Of a DNA stretch of 64,000 nucleotides, positions 47,172-57,433 are shown piece by piece; positions within the stretch are counted from its first letter, which is position 1; each line of letters begins with the position of its first letter. The translations under genes and the position numbers were made by a program. The DNA comes from a bacterium (lineage in GTDB: Bacteria > JAAXHH01): the NCBI GenBank assembly GCA_963665755.1, contig OY762445.1, positions 619,007-683,006 of the forward strand. The letters are read 5' to 3'. Below the pieces are notes generated by a model that saw nothing but the letters and a program-made list of their open reading frames with translations, ran no database searches and had not been told where the DNA came from.

Positions 47172-47927
47172 ATGCCCCCTCCCGCAGCCCTTCAGCTTTA
47201 TACCCTTCGAGAAATGGCCGACAAGGACTTCGATCAGGTGGTGAACCTGACCGCGGAGATCGGCTATGCGGGCGTCGAACCCGCCGGTTTTCCCGGCACC
47301 ACGCCGGAAGCGGCCGGCAGGCTCTTCGAATCGCTGAACCTCGAAGTTCCCAGCGCGCACCTTCCGCTGCCCGTTGGCGACAACAAATCCTATGTCATCG
47401 AAACGGCCGGCGCGCTCGGGACCAGACGCGTGGTCGCGGGGCTGGGCCGGGACGATCACAACACGGTAGACAACATCAGGTGGTCGGCGGACCGCTTCAA
47501 TGCGGCCGCGGAAGCCGTGGCGCCTCACGGGATGACCTTCGGGATTCATAATCACTGGTGGGAATACCTCGAAGTTGAGGGACGGATCGCGACGGATATC
47601 CTCCTCGAGCATCTTTCACCGGAGGTATTCTTCCAGGTGGACGTGTACTGGGTTCAGGTCGGCGGTCCCGACCCGGCCGGCGTGCTCGAGCGCCTCGGCG
47701 CCCGAGCGCCGCTGCTTCACCTCAAGGACGGCCCCTGCCGGCGGGATACGGACATGACCGCCCTGGGCGAAGGGAAGGTGGACCTCCCAGGCGTGATCGC
47801 GGCCGGCGGAGATCACACCGAGTGGCACATCGTCGAACTGGACAGTTGCGCGACGGACATGGTCGAAGCGGTGAAGAAGAGTTACGACTACCTGGTGGAC
47901 AACGGCCTGTCCCGCGGCAACAGGTAG
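47172..47927 (+). CDS. sugar phosphate isomerase/epimerase (xylose-isomerase-like TIM barrel, AP_endonuc_2 fold)
   Basis: 251 aa with GYAGVEP, GIHNHWWE, LHLKD and EWHIVELD motifs. Confidence 0.75.
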   Translation: MPPPAALQLYTLREMADKDFDQVVNLTAEIGYAGVEPAGFPGTTPEAAGRLFESLNLEVPSAHLPLPVGDNKSYVIETAGALGTRRVVAGLGRDDHNTVDNIRWSADRFNAAAEAVAPHGMTFGIHNHWWEYLEVEGRIATDILLEHLSPEVFFQVDVYWVQVGGPDPAGVLERLGARAPLLHLKDGPCRRDTDMTALGEGKVDLPGVIAAGGDHTEWHIVELDSCATDMVEAVKKSYDYLVDNGLSRGNR

Positions 47928-48008
47928 CTTGAACCAGGCAGGCTGCGAGTCGAACTCCGCCGCATTCGAACGCGCGGCAAGTCTGAGACGGGAGCGAGGA
48001 GCCGGCGC

Positions 48009-48794
48009 ATGACAAAGGAAGAAGGCGCGCGCAAACGCGAGCAACTGGTCCGCGACGGATACTGTCATATCGGAGGCGTACTGCCCGATGGCTTCCTCGC
48101 TACCTTGCGGGAGGAATCGGACCGCCTGCTCGATTCGGCGAAACACCCGCCCGAGTGGCAGTACCAGGGATCCGACCTGCACGTTTCCGGTCAGGATAAC
48201 GAGGCGATGGGAAACCTGCTCGAGTGGCCCGGCGCCCGGGATATCCTGAATGACATGGGCCTGACGGATTTCACCCCTTCCGGTATCGTAATCATCCTGA
48301 GCAAGCCGGCCGGCGGTCCGCCCCTCTACTGGCACCAGGACTGGATGGCGTGGAACGATCCCATCAGCCTGGCACCCTGGCCTCAGACCATATTCCTATC
48401 CTACTACCTGGTGGACACGGATTTCGAAAACGGGTGTTTCCGCGTTATACCCGGCACGCATCGCAGGCGCATTCCCCTGCACGGCCAAGTGGAGGTCGCC
48501 CACCAGGAGACCGCGTATTTCGCCGACCTGAAGGACCCGCACATGTTCGGCGACCACTGGGACGCCGTCGACCTGCCCGTGAAAGCCGGCGACCTGGTCA
48601 TCGGTGACGCGCGCGTCCTTCACGCGGCGCGCGGCAACAACAGTGATCGCAGGCGGACCTTGCTCCTGGGATGGCACAACCGGCCGCTGACCGTACCGGA
48701 ACACTGGACGGGCGAGGTGCCCGAACCCATCCTGAACCGCCCGCCGGACGCCCGTTACGAAGGCACGAGAATCCCCGGAAAATACCTGGAGTAG
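48009..48794 (+). CDS. phytanoyl-CoA dioxygenase (PhyH) family Fe(II)/2-oxoglutarate oxygenase
   Basis: LYWHQDW (H-x-D), then VLHAARGN as the distal His context. Confidence 0.75.
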   Translation: MTKEEGARKREQLVRDGYCHIGGVLPDGFLATLREESDRLLDSAKHPPEWQYQGSDLHVSGQDNEAMGNLLEWPGARDILNDMGLTDFTPSGIVIILSKPAGGPPLYWHQDWMAWNDPISLAPWPQTIFLSYYLVDTDFENGCFRVIPGTHRRRIPLHGQVEVAHQETAYFADLKDPHMFGDHWDAVDLPVKAGDLVIGDARVLHAARGNNSDRRRTLLLGWHNRPLTVPEHWTGEVPEPILNRPPDARYEGTRIPGKYLE

Positions 48795-48797
48795 CCA

Positions 48798-49541
48798 ATG
48801 ACCGAATTCGAAAACGCCGTCTACGAACTGGATGTGTACGGATTCACAGTCGTGGAGCGCGTCTTGACATCCGAACAGACGGAATCCATGCGCAGCGTGC
48901 TGATGCGTCTGAACGACGAGGTGGGCGAAGAACGCGGCGGCGAAGGATCCTGCAGCCACGTAAGCAACCTGCCCACCCTGGATCCGATCTTCTTTCCGGT
49001 CATCGATCACCCCCGTATCCTGCCCATCATCGAGCATTACCTCGAGCCCACGTTGATCCTGGGCAGCTTGAACAGCCGCATCGTGCGGCCGGGGGACGGA
49101 GATCAGGACTTTCACAGCGACATCCCCGCCGAGATGCTCAACATGGCTTCGCCGGTAATGATGAACACCGTGTGGATGCTGGAGGATTTCTCACCCGAAA
49201 ACGGCGGAACCCGGGTCGTTCCCGGAACCCACAGGAGCGGCCTTCCCATGCCCGCGAGCCATGTCGAAGTGAAGTACTACGTGCAGCCCGCCGCTCCCGC
49301 GGGTAGCGTGCTGGTCTTCAATGGCCAATGCTGGCACGGGGGCGGGGCCAACAACGGCAGCGCGAACCGGCACGCCCTCTTTGCGCATTACCGGAAACGC
49401 ATGCTCATGTTCCAGTACGATCCCCACGAACGGTTCCCCGTCGAATGGTACGGCCTGCTCACGGACCGACAGAAGGAAATCATGCGCATGAAGCACGGTG
49501 TGGACGCGCCCCGGGCGGCCGACGTGCAGGTTTTCAGGTAA
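48798..49541 (+). CDS. phytanoyl-CoA dioxygenase (PhyH) family Fe(II)/2-oxoglutarate oxygenase, second copy
   Basis: DFHSDIP (H-x-D), ENGGTRVVPGTH and CWHGGGAN. It starts 3 nt after the first copy. Confidence 0.75.
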   Translation: MTEFENAVYELDVYGFTVVERVLTSEQTESMRSVLMRLNDEVGEERGGEGSCSHVSNLPTLDPIFFPVIDHPRILPIIEHYLEPTLILGSLNSRIVRPGDGDQDFHSDIPAEMLNMASPVMMNTVWMLEDFSPENGGTRVVPGTHRSGLPMPASHVEVKYYVQPAAPAGSVLVFNGQCWHGGGANNGSANRHALFAHYRKRMLMFQYDPHERFPVEWYGLLTDRQKEIMRMKHGVDAPRAADVQVFR

Positions 49542-49556
49542 CCGCACCGCGTTCGG

Positions 49557-50528
49557 CTATCCGGCTTCAGGCAGGGCGTCCGGGTTGACGACATGGTCCG
49601 GCCGCCGTCCGTTCCAGACCTGGAGCGCCATGGTCAGCGCCATGGTCCACATCCTTTCCCGGCTCGCGACGGTCACGCCGGCGATATGAGGCGTAGCCAT
49701 CACGTCGTCGCGATGGAGGAGCGGGTTGTCCGCGAACGGGGGTTCGGGATCGAAAACGTCCAGGGCGGCTCCGGCGAGATGACCCCGTTCGAGGGCGGAG
49801 CATAGTGCGTGCTCGTCCACCAGTCCGCCCCTCGAGACGTTGACGAAGTAAGCACCCGGCTTCATCAGCGCGAAGCGATCACCGTTCATCAGGCGGCGGG
49901 TCTCCTCCGTCAGGGGAGCGTGCACCGAAACGACATCCGATCCGGCCAGCACGTCCTCTATGCGGTCAATCCGCACGATGCCCAGCGCCGCAGCCTTTTC
50001 ATCCACGATATAGGGATCGTAGGCAATCACGCGCATGCCCAGCGCAACAGCTATCCGGGCAACCCTGCCGCCGATCCGGCCCAGCCCGATCAATCCCAGC
50101 GTTCTTCCGTACAGTTCCATGCCCTGGTAGCCTGACAGGTAGTCTCTCTCGGGCCGCTTCGCGAATTCGCCGGAAACACGCTTTAGTTGCTTGACCGCGG
50201 CCAGGATCAGGGCAATCGCCGTTTCGGCCGTAGACAGGGTCGGCCCATCCGGCGTATTGCAGACCGCGATGCCCCTTCCCGTGGCAGCCGTAACGTCGAT
50301 ATTGTCGATACCTATACCGGTCCTGCAGATGACCTTCAGATCCGGATACCGGTCCATGAAGTCCCCGTCATACGTCCTCCGGGCGCCAGCCACGATCGCA
50401 TGTGCGCAAGGCAGGTCTCGGAGCGGGTCTTCAGGCGACTCCTCGGCCGAACCATTCACGAGCAGGCGTCCATCAAACGCCGAACGAATCGCGGGAGGCA
50501 TGGTACGATCCGACCAGAGCCTCAGCAT
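49557..50528 (-). CDS. D-isomer-specific 2-hydroxyacid dehydrogenase
   Basis: The NAD motif is TLGLIGLGRIGGRVARIA, and the catalytic region is NVSRGGLVDE...ATPHIAG. ATG 50528 follows AGGAGG. The ORF track extends to 50576. Confidence 0.85.
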   Translation of the reverse strand: MLRLWSDRTMPPAIRSAFDGRLLVNGSAEESPEDPLRDLPCAHAIVAGARRTYDGDFMDRYPDLKVICRTGIGIDNIDVTAATGRGIAVCNTPDGPTLSTAETAIALILAAVKQLKRVSGEFAKRPERDYLSGYQGMELYGRTLGLIGLGRIGGRVARIAVALGMRVIAYDPYIVDEKAAALGIVRIDRIEDVLAGSDVVSVHAPLTEETRRLMNGDRFALMKPGAYFVNVSRGGLVDEHALCSALERGHLAGAALDVFDPEPPFADNPLLHRDDVMATPHIAGVTVASRERMWTMALTMALQVWNGRRPDHVVNPDALPEAG

Positions 50529-50774
50529 GAGATCCTCCTGTGCGCAACGGGCTGAACGAACCCGGGTTTCCGACAATTCAGTTGCCCGTCGGCAAACAAA
50601 ACCTTACATTACGAATATCGTATACCACAATACCGCGCGCGTCTATCAGGATATCATAGAACGGAAATCCATTACCGCAAGTCAATCGATATCCGGGAAT
50701 CGGCACGTGATGCAGCGACCGGGTTCTTGTGCTTTCATGAATTCGGGGCGACACCAAACCGGGGGAAATCTGAA

Positions 50775-52343
50775 GTGTTTCGATTCTACTGCCGTCTTGC
50801 CTGTCTGATCTGCCTGCTTGGCGCCGGACCCGCTCCAGCGCAGGAACAGGAAACCGCCGCGACGGGGACCGATTCCACCAGCGCCGCAGCCGATCCCCTG
50901 CTGGTGCCGGCGAATAGTTCCGGCGACATCGATTTCGCCGTGGATGTGAGCGGTTTCAGGGGGCAGGAAGAACAGACCTACCTTGAGTTCTACTTTCTGT
51001 GCCGTCCCAGTGAATTTACGCTCGAGGAAAGAGACGACAGGATCTACGTCGCCGATTTCTCGATTGATCTGACTATTGTCGACGAACAGGACAACCCCGT
51101 ATTCCATTCGGTTCAAAAAAGGGAATATCAGACGGACCGGCCCGTCGTCGTCACCCGACGGGGCGAGGAAAGGGTCTTGCTGGAACAGATCGCAGCGGGA
51201 ATTGCAGCGGGTGCGTACCGTGCGGAAGTTCTCGTGACCGACCTTAATTCCGGACGCTATGGCGAAGCCGTGAAACCCTTTGTCGCCCGTCCGTTTGACG
51301 ATGCGGAACTTTCTGTGAGCAACCTGCAGTTCTCGACACTCATCCAAAGGGCCGAAGAGGACAATCGTTTCACGAAAAACGGACTGTTTGTTCTGCCCAA
51401 TCCCCTTCGGATATTCGAGAAGTGGACCGAGGTGCCCGAGGACGGCAGTTACAAACCTCGCAACATGTTCCTGTATTTCGAAATATACAACCTGGCTCCG
51501 GATTCGGACGAAGGAGAGGCCACCTACGAAATCTACCCCGCGGTTACCAACCACGCCAACGGAATGACTTTCCCGCTTGCTCCCAAGAAGAACCGGCGCA
51601 TATCGGGTTCCGCCGGACTGGACGTAATCGCGCTGGACTACATGACCTTTCCCGATGGTGTCTATACCCTCGATATCACGGTCAAGGACGCGCTGGCCGG
51701 GACGGAAGCGTCCAGTTCGGCTATCTTCGAGATCATCCAGCCCCCGCCGCCGCCCCCACCCGTCACGGCATTGACCGAGGAACAGGCGAAACGAGGTCGC
51801 AGGATGCTGGCCATCCTGGCGTCCAAGCGGGAGCGCGAACTCTACGACAATCTCGACCTTGAAGGCAAGACGGAATTCCTGATCGCATTCTGGCGCATGC
51901 GTGATCCGACGCCCGAGACCCCGGAGAACGAATCCATGATGGTGTTTAACGAGCGGTTCTCCTATGCCGACTTTCAACTTGGCGGGGCGGAAAGCGATCG
52001 GGGCGACGTCTTCATCCGGTACGGCCAGCCGGAGGAAATCGTACGTCACGATTCCGATAACATCATGAAATCCTACCAGATCTGGTACTACACGGAAGGG
52101 ATCCAGGGTGACCCTTCACGTACGTCCGAAGGCGGGCGCCATTTCTTCGTTTTTGGCGACCGGCGGGGTATCGGCCGGTATGAACTGATGCATTCGTCGG
52201 CCCGGGGAGAACTCTACAATCCCAATTGGCGGCAGGACCTGCAGCTCATGCATGATCAGTTCATTCGGGACGCCAGAGATTACGCGCAACCGTCCCTGCC
52301 CGTACCAAACAGCAGTCCGGACGCCGATCTCGCCAAGCCCTGA
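50775..52343 (+). CDS. GWxTD-domain-like secreted protein
   Basis: The signal-like N-terminus is FRFYCRLACLICLLGAGPAPAQE. The C-terminal GGAESDRGDVFIRYGQPEEI...YQIWYY resembles the GWxTD domain, but with a degenerate first motif. The start is uncertain (GTG 50775 or ATG 50727). Confidence 0.55.
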   Translation: MFRFYCRLACLICLLGAGPAPAQEQETAATGTDSTSAAADPLLVPANSSGDIDFAVDVSGFRGQEEQTYLEFYFLCRPSEFTLEERDDRIYVADFSIDLTIVDEQDNPVFHSVQKREYQTDRPVVVTRRGEERVLLEQIAAGIAAGAYRAEVLVTDLNSGRYGEAVKPFVARPFDDAELSVSNLQFSTLIQRAEEDNRFTKNGLFVLPNPLRIFEKWTEVPEDGSYKPRNMFLYFEIYNLAPDSDEGEATYEIYPAVTNHANGMTFPLAPKKNRRISGSAGLDVIALDYMTFPDGVYTLDITVKDALAGTEASSSAIFEIIQPPPPPPPVTALTEEQAKRGRRMLAILASKRERELYDNLDLEGKTEFLIAFWRMRDPTPETPENESMMVFNERFSYADFQLGGAESDRGDVFIRYGQPEEIVRHDSDNIMKSYQIWYYTEGIQGDPSRTSEGGRHFFVFGDRRGIGRYELMHSSARGELYNPNWRQDLQLMHDQFIRDARDYAQPSLPVPNSSPDADLAKP

Positions 52344-52414
52344 GCGCTTAGTACCGGTATCGGGGCATTGCCCCAGCATAGCTCCAGGCGCAGTTCCACC
52401 CGGCACGGCTCACT

Positions 52415-53731
52415 TCACTCTACATACCTGCATACGTACGCGTCCAGCGTCTTGCCGAGGCGGCCGGCAACCGAAGGCATCATGCGGACCGTCAGGCGGA
52501 CTCCTTCCGGTTCGTCTTCACGGTGCAGCACATCCCCCGACTCATACGCGACGGATACAGCGTGCCCATCCTCATAGGGTATCAGCAGTTCCAGTTCCAC
52601 GCGATGAAGGTCGATCCTACGTGAAATAGTCCGGCGCAAACAGTCAATATCACCGGAATCCAGGGCGGATACCGTGATGGCGTCGGGATCGGCCAGCGTC
52701 AGGATATCCAGTGCGTCCGGACTCTCCAGACGGTCTGCCTTGTTGAAGACCAGCAGCAGGGGAAGTTCGGAAGCGCCCAGTTCCACCAGCACCTGGTTCA
52801 CCGTCGCGATATGTTCAACGTGATTGGGATGGCTGCCGTCTACGACGTGTACCAGCAGGTCCGCGTCGTACACCTCGGTCAGCGTGCTTTTGAAAGACGC
52901 AATCAGGTGATGAGGCAATTTTCGGATAAAACCCACGGTATCCGAGAGCAGAACGGGCTGGCCCGGGGTCAAGTGTATCGCGCGCGTGGCAGCGTCGAGG
53001 GTGGCAAAAAGCCTGTCCTCGATCAACGTGTCCGCCTGGGTGAACGCATTGAATATCGTGGATTTCCCTGCATTGGTATAACCGATCAGGGCGATACAGA
53101 ACATGGCGCTTCTTCGCTGACGCTGGCGTTGATAGGAAGCGGTTACTTGCTCGAGATTCCTGCGCAGGTGGGTAACGCGACCGCGGATCAAACGGCGGTC
53201 GATTTCCAGTTGCGTCTCGCCGGGGCCTCTCACCCCAATGGCGCCGCCCGATCCCGCCGCCACGCCGCCTTCCTGTCGCGACAGGTGGTCCCACTGCCTG
53301 GTCAGCCGCGGCATCATATACTGCAGTTGGGCAAGCTCAACCTGAAGCTTGGCCTGCCTCGACTTCGCACGCGAGGCGAATATATCGAGTATCAGACCGC
53401 TGCGATCCAGTATGCGCCGTTCGATGACACGGTCCAGGTTCCTGACCTGCGCTGGTGTGAGATCATCGTCGAATATCACGAGGTCGATATCCTCCGCCTT
53501 GCACAGTTCGGCGATCGACTTGGCCTTTCCGGTTCCGATATAGTACGCCGGATGCATGGCGCTGCGAACCTGGATGATCCGATCTATGATTTCCGCGCCG
53601 GCGGTATCGGCCAGCAGGGCGAGTTCATCGAGCGACTCCTCCATTTCGGCGACCCGTTCGTTGGAAGGCACCATTCCGATCAACAGGGTGCGTTCACGGG
53701 TTTTTCGGGGGATTTCGTGCATTTCAGGCAT
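52415..53731 (-). CDS. hflX: GTPase HflX
   Basis: 438 aa with an HflX N-domain, G1 GYTNAGKST, G3 DTVGF and G4 NKAD. Confidence 0.9.
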   Translation of the reverse strand: MPEMHEIPRKTRERTLLIGMVPSNERVAEMEESLDELALLADTAGAEIIDRIIQVRSAMHPAYYIGTGKAKSIAELCKAEDIDLVIFDDDLTPAQVRNLDRVIERRILDRSGLILDIFASRAKSRQAKLQVELAQLQYMMPRLTRQWDHLSRQEGGVAAGSGGAIGVRGPGETQLEIDRRLIRGRVTHLRRNLEQVTASYQRQRQRRSAMFCIALIGYTNAGKSTIFNAFTQADTLIEDRLFATLDAATRAIHLTPGQPVLLSDTVGFIRKLPHHLIASFKSTLTEVYDADLLVHVVDGSHPNHVEHIATVNQVLVELGASELPLLLVFNKADRLESPDALDILTLADPDAITVSALDSGDIDCLRRTISRRIDLHRVELELLIPYEDGHAVSVAYESGDVLHREDEPEGVRLTVRMMPSVAGRLGKTLDAYVCRYVE

Positions 53732-53748
53732 TATGGGCGGTTACGCTT

Positions 53749-56019
53749 TCAGTGGTTGTTTCCGTCGGGGCTGTAGGACATTGCTTTCGCGGAGAATATC
53801 CTCTCCACGCGATTGCGGACCCGGCCGGCCAGTCCGTTTCCATGAGGAAACGCGCCTTCGTGATCGGCCGGGCCTCTACCATCTCCGGACATCCGTGCCG
53901 CGTTCCCACCGGCTCGCGTACCCGAAAGCCAGTATTCTACCAGCATGAGCGCCATCACCAGGACGATCAGCGATTTCCAGATTTCATACCTGCCCGCGGC
54001 GCTGAAGGTCCCGCCGCGGAGGACGTCCGGGGAACCGTCCAGGTCCTTCAGGACAAGATACGTGCCGTATCCGAGAAATCCGGCCGCCCGTACCGGGGTG
54101 AATCGAGCCAGGTCCGATTCCCGCGTGTCCGGGTTTACCGCGAACGTCTGCACGACGGCGCCACCGTCCCGCAACGTATACACGCCAGGCTGTTTCGCAT
54201 CCGGCACTTCCACCGTTATTCCGTTCCGGCCGATACGTGAATTGACCGTCTCCGAACGGCCCGTGGGGTATTCAAGGTAGAGGTCGGCGTTCGCCGGAAA
54301 GCGGATCAACGGCTGCACCACCGGTTGGCCGGCCAGGAATCCGCCTTCGGCAACCGTAACGGCTGGATGAAGATACCTTACGCTTCGATGCATGAACGGT
54401 ACAAAAGCGCTTCTCAACGCCAGGTTGCTCCAGCCGGTGTTCACGTCTGAAGCGACCAGAAGCGCCCTCCCGCTGCCGGATCGGCCTTCGAGAATCGCCG
54501 GCGTGCCGTCCATGAACCGGGCGATCACCCGCGCACCGCGGTCCGCCTCCACGGCATAGGAAGCATAGAATCGGACCGCGCCGGTCGACATCGATTCGGC
54601 GGAACGGCCATCGAAGCGAAAAACCGGATGCTCGTAGTCAACCTGGCCCAACCGGTGAAAGGACGTCTTCCGGTCCGGCATCCCCCTTCGAGCCGTAATC
54701 GAACATCCGAAGACATCAGAAAAAAACCCATGTCCGTAAACCGCAGGGTCCAGCCCTTCTCCGAGAAATATCAGTACCCCGCCACCGGAGGAAACATAAC
54801 GTTGCAGGCTGGAAAGCCGCGCCGGCGTCAGTTCCACTCCTCCATCCACGATCAGTACGCCCGTTTCGTATAAATCGCTATTCAACACGTCGGCGGATGC
54901 AGTCCGCAGGTCCACAGGCGTGACCAATCCACCCGACGGCTTCAGCACCTGCTCGATGAAGTACCTGGATTCGGTCAGTCCTACGGCCGTAACGCCAAAA
55001 GCTTCCGGGACATCGAGGGTGAAATATCGCCGATTGTCTGCTGCGACGTCATCTTCGTCCAGTTCCACGTAACCGGAATACCGGCCCGGGGTGTTGATGA
55101 CGACATTGAACTGAACGGAACCCGTTCCGCCCGGTTCGGCAGTAACCTGGCGGCTGTCACGCGTCTCGCCGTTTATGACGAGACGGACTTCCCTGGCCCG
55201 CCGGGTGCGCGCGGATGCTCCGTTCCGGTTGGTAAAGGTCGCGACAAACTGTTCCGGCTGATTGCGGATCAGCAGGCCCTCGCTTACGGAAACCGCGTCG
55301 ATACTTGCGTTGTCCACGTCCCTCGCCGCGTAGGGATACAGGTACAGTGGCGTATGCGGTTCCGTTTTTACTGTCGACTCGGATTCCGCCATCACCTGCC
55401 AGTCGGTTCGCTGCAAATCGGACAGCAGGTGGATTTCCTTGTTCGCCGAAACAACGCTGGCCAGTTTTTGCCGCGCGAGACGCAGGGCGCCGGCGACATC
55501 CCCCGTTCTTTCCGATACTTCCGCTTCGGCCAGGTGCGCCCTGAGCGTTTCCTTCCGGGCCGCGGGAACTTGCGGCAATGCCTCGGGCGGCATGGCTGTC
55601 AGAATGAACAGACCCTCGTCGCCTTGCCGCATCCCGTCGATAATGCGGCCGGCCTCGGTCCTGGCGGCGGCGAATGGCGTATCTCCGTAGCGTCCGGCAC
55701 CCATGCTGTACGAATTATCCAGTATAATGGTAAAGACCGTCCGCTGCTCCAGGCCGCTGCCGAACATGGCGCCCGCCAGGCCTTCAATAACCGGTCTGGC
55801 GAAAGCCAGCACCAGGAACAGGATGATCAGGGTGCGAAGCAACAGAAGCAGAAGTTCCCGGAGTCTCAGGGCCCGGGAGCGTTGCAGGTGATGGCCCCTG
55901 ATGAAGATCACGGAGCTGAAGTCGACGGTGGAGACCCGCTGGCGATGAAACAGGTGCATGATCAGCGGTACGGCGACCGCTGCGAGTCCAAACAGCATCA
56001 GCGCGTTCAGAAAGGTCAT
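53749..56019 (-). CDS. BatA-type membrane protein (N-terminal double-TM domain) with a vWA-like domain and a large extracytoplasmic region
   Basis: MTFLNALMLFGLAAVAVPLIMHLFHRQR matches the N-terminal double-transmembrane (aerotolerance BatA-like) motif. A MIDAS-like ILDNSYSMG follows, and there is a C-terminal TM helix. ATG 56019 follows GGAGGA. Confidence 0.65.
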   Translation of the reverse strand: MTFLNALMLFGLAAVAVPLIMHLFHRQRVSTVDFSSVIFIRGHHLQRSRALRLRELLLLLLRTLIILFLVLAFARPVIEGLAGAMFGSGLEQRTVFTIILDNSYSMGAGRYGDTPFAAARTEAGRIIDGMRQGDEGLFILTAMPPEALPQVPAARKETLRAHLAEAEVSERTGDVAGALRLARQKLASVVSANKEIHLLSDLQRTDWQVMAESESTVKTEPHTPLYLYPYAARDVDNASIDAVSVSEGLLIRNQPEQFVATFTNRNGASARTRRAREVRLVINGETRDSRQVTAEPGGTGSVQFNVVINTPGRYSGYVELDEDDVAADNRRYFTLDVPEAFGVTAVGLTESRYFIEQVLKPSGGLVTPVDLRTASADVLNSDLYETGVLIVDGGVELTPARLSSLQRYVSSGGGVLIFLGEGLDPAVYGHGFFSDVFGCSITARRGMPDRKTSFHRLGQVDYEHPVFRFDGRSAESMSTGAVRFYASYAVEADRGARVIARFMDGTPAILEGRSGSGRALLVASDVNTGWSNLALRSAFVPFMHRSVRYLHPAVTVAEGGFLAGQPVVQPLIRFPANADLYLEYPTGRSETVNSRIGRNGITVEVPDAKQPGVYTLRDGGAVVQTFAVNPDTRESDLARFTPVRAAGFLGYGTYLVLKDLDGSPDVLRGGTFSAAGRYEIWKSLIVLVMALMLVEYWLSGTRAGGNAARMSGDGRGPADHEGAFPHGNGLAGRVRNRVERIFSAKAMSYSPDGNNH

Positions 56020-56173
56020 TCGACTTCCTCCACGTGGGTTCACTAATATACCCCCGGCACCGTAGCGCGTAAAGCGGTATCATCAGCCGGCCGGAGCCTG
56101 CCTGAGTGGGAATCGGCGGCACATGACGGGCGTGCGCGGGCCGTCCGGATGGCATGTTCAGGGTCGATTTTCC

Positions 56174-56202
56174 TTGACACATCGGGCGGCTGCGGGTATC
56201 GT
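56174..56202 (+). promoter_or_regulatory. candidate sigma70-type promoter for carA (TTGACA-N17-TATCGT)
   Basis: TTGACA at 56174-56179 and TATCGT at 56197-56202, with GAAGGAG RBS before ATG 56250. This is sequence match only. Confidence 0.3.
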
Positions 56203-56249
56203 ATTTCTAATATTCGGTCAACCCGCTGGCAACCCCAGAAGGAGCGTTT

Positions 56250-57386
56250 ATGGAGGCATGGCTGGCCTTGGAAGACGGCACAGTCTACGAAGGCGAATCC
56301 TTTGGCGCTACCGGGGAGAAGGTTGGAGAAGTCGTATTCAACACCAGCATGATCGGGTACCAGGAGGTATTGACCGACCCGTCGTATAAAGGTCAGATCG
56401 TCACCATGACCTACCCGTTGATCGGGAATTACGGCGTTAATCCCGGCGACCTGGAATCGCTTCATCCGCACGTGGAAGGATTTGTGGTTCGGGAATACCA
56501 GCGAAATCCGAGCAACTGGCGCTCCACCGAAAACCTGGACAGGTTCCTCGCCGGTCATGGCGTCGTTGGCATTTCCGGAATCGATACCAGGGCGCTGACC
56601 CGCCGGCTTCGTGTCGACGGCGTCATGCGCGGGGTCATATGTTCCGGTTCGGCGGCCCCGGACGCACTTGTAAATAAAGCTAAAACCGCGCGGAGCATGG
56701 TAGGCATGGATCTGGTCCGCGAGGTGACCACGGACCGCCCATACCGGTGGGAGGGAGATCGCCGTATCTACACAGCCCCTTCTGATGGAGAACCGGACAA
56801 GATTTGGAACGACTTTGACGCGCCCGGTGATTTCCGGGTCGTCGTAATGGATTATGGAGTCAAGCACAACATCCTGCGGAATCTGGCGCGCCGTGGCTGC
56901 CAGGTCCTCGTTCTGCCGGCGGACTTCACGGCCGAACAGGTGCTGCGGATGAACCCCGACGGAATCATGTTGTCCAACGGACCGGGCGATCCCGGCGCCG
57001 TCCAGTATGCCATAGAAGAGTTGAAAGCCCTCATCGGGCAGAAGCCCATTTTCGGCATCTGCATCGGCCACCAGTTACTCGGCATGGCACTCGGCGGGGA
57101 AAGGTTCAAACTGAAGTTCGGCCACCGCGGCGCCAACCAGCCCGTAAGGCAATGCGAATCGGGACGGGTGGAAATCACCGCCCAGAACCACGGTTTCGCC
57201 ATTGACGCTGCCACACTTGACGAGTCCGAGGTGGAGTTGACCCATATCAACTTGAACGACCGCACGCTCGAAGGGCTCAGGCACCGGCGGTATCCGGTGT
57301 TTTCGGTACAATATCACCCCGAAGCTTCGCCGGGGCCGCACGACGCAGATTATCTGTTCGACCGATTCATTGCATCCATGCAGTAG
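56250..57386 (+). CDS. carA: carbamoyl-phosphate synthase small (glutaminase) subunit
   Basis: MEAWLALEDGTVYEGESFGA..., the GATase triad context GICIGHQLL, and HPEASPGPHD. Confidence 0.95.
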   Translation: MEAWLALEDGTVYEGESFGATGEKVGEVVFNTSMIGYQEVLTDPSYKGQIVTMTYPLIGNYGVNPGDLESLHPHVEGFVVREYQRNPSNWRSTENLDRFLAGHGVVGISGIDTRALTRRLRVDGVMRGVICSGSAAPDALVNKAKTARSMVGMDLVREVTTDRPYRWEGDRRIYTAPSDGEPDKIWNDFDAPGDFRVVVMDYGVKHNILRNLARRGCQVLVLPADFTAEQVLRMNPDGIMLSNGPGDPGAVQYAIEELKALIGQKPIFGICIGHQLLGMALGGERFKLKFGHRGANQPVRQCESGRVEITAQNHGFAIDAATLDESEVELTHINLNDRTLEGLRHRRYPVFSVQYHPEASPGPHDADYLFDRFIASMQ

Positions 57387-57433
57387 ACCAGGCCAACGGT
57401 GCTGTTCCGGTTGGTTTCCTACAGGAGCCAGCA

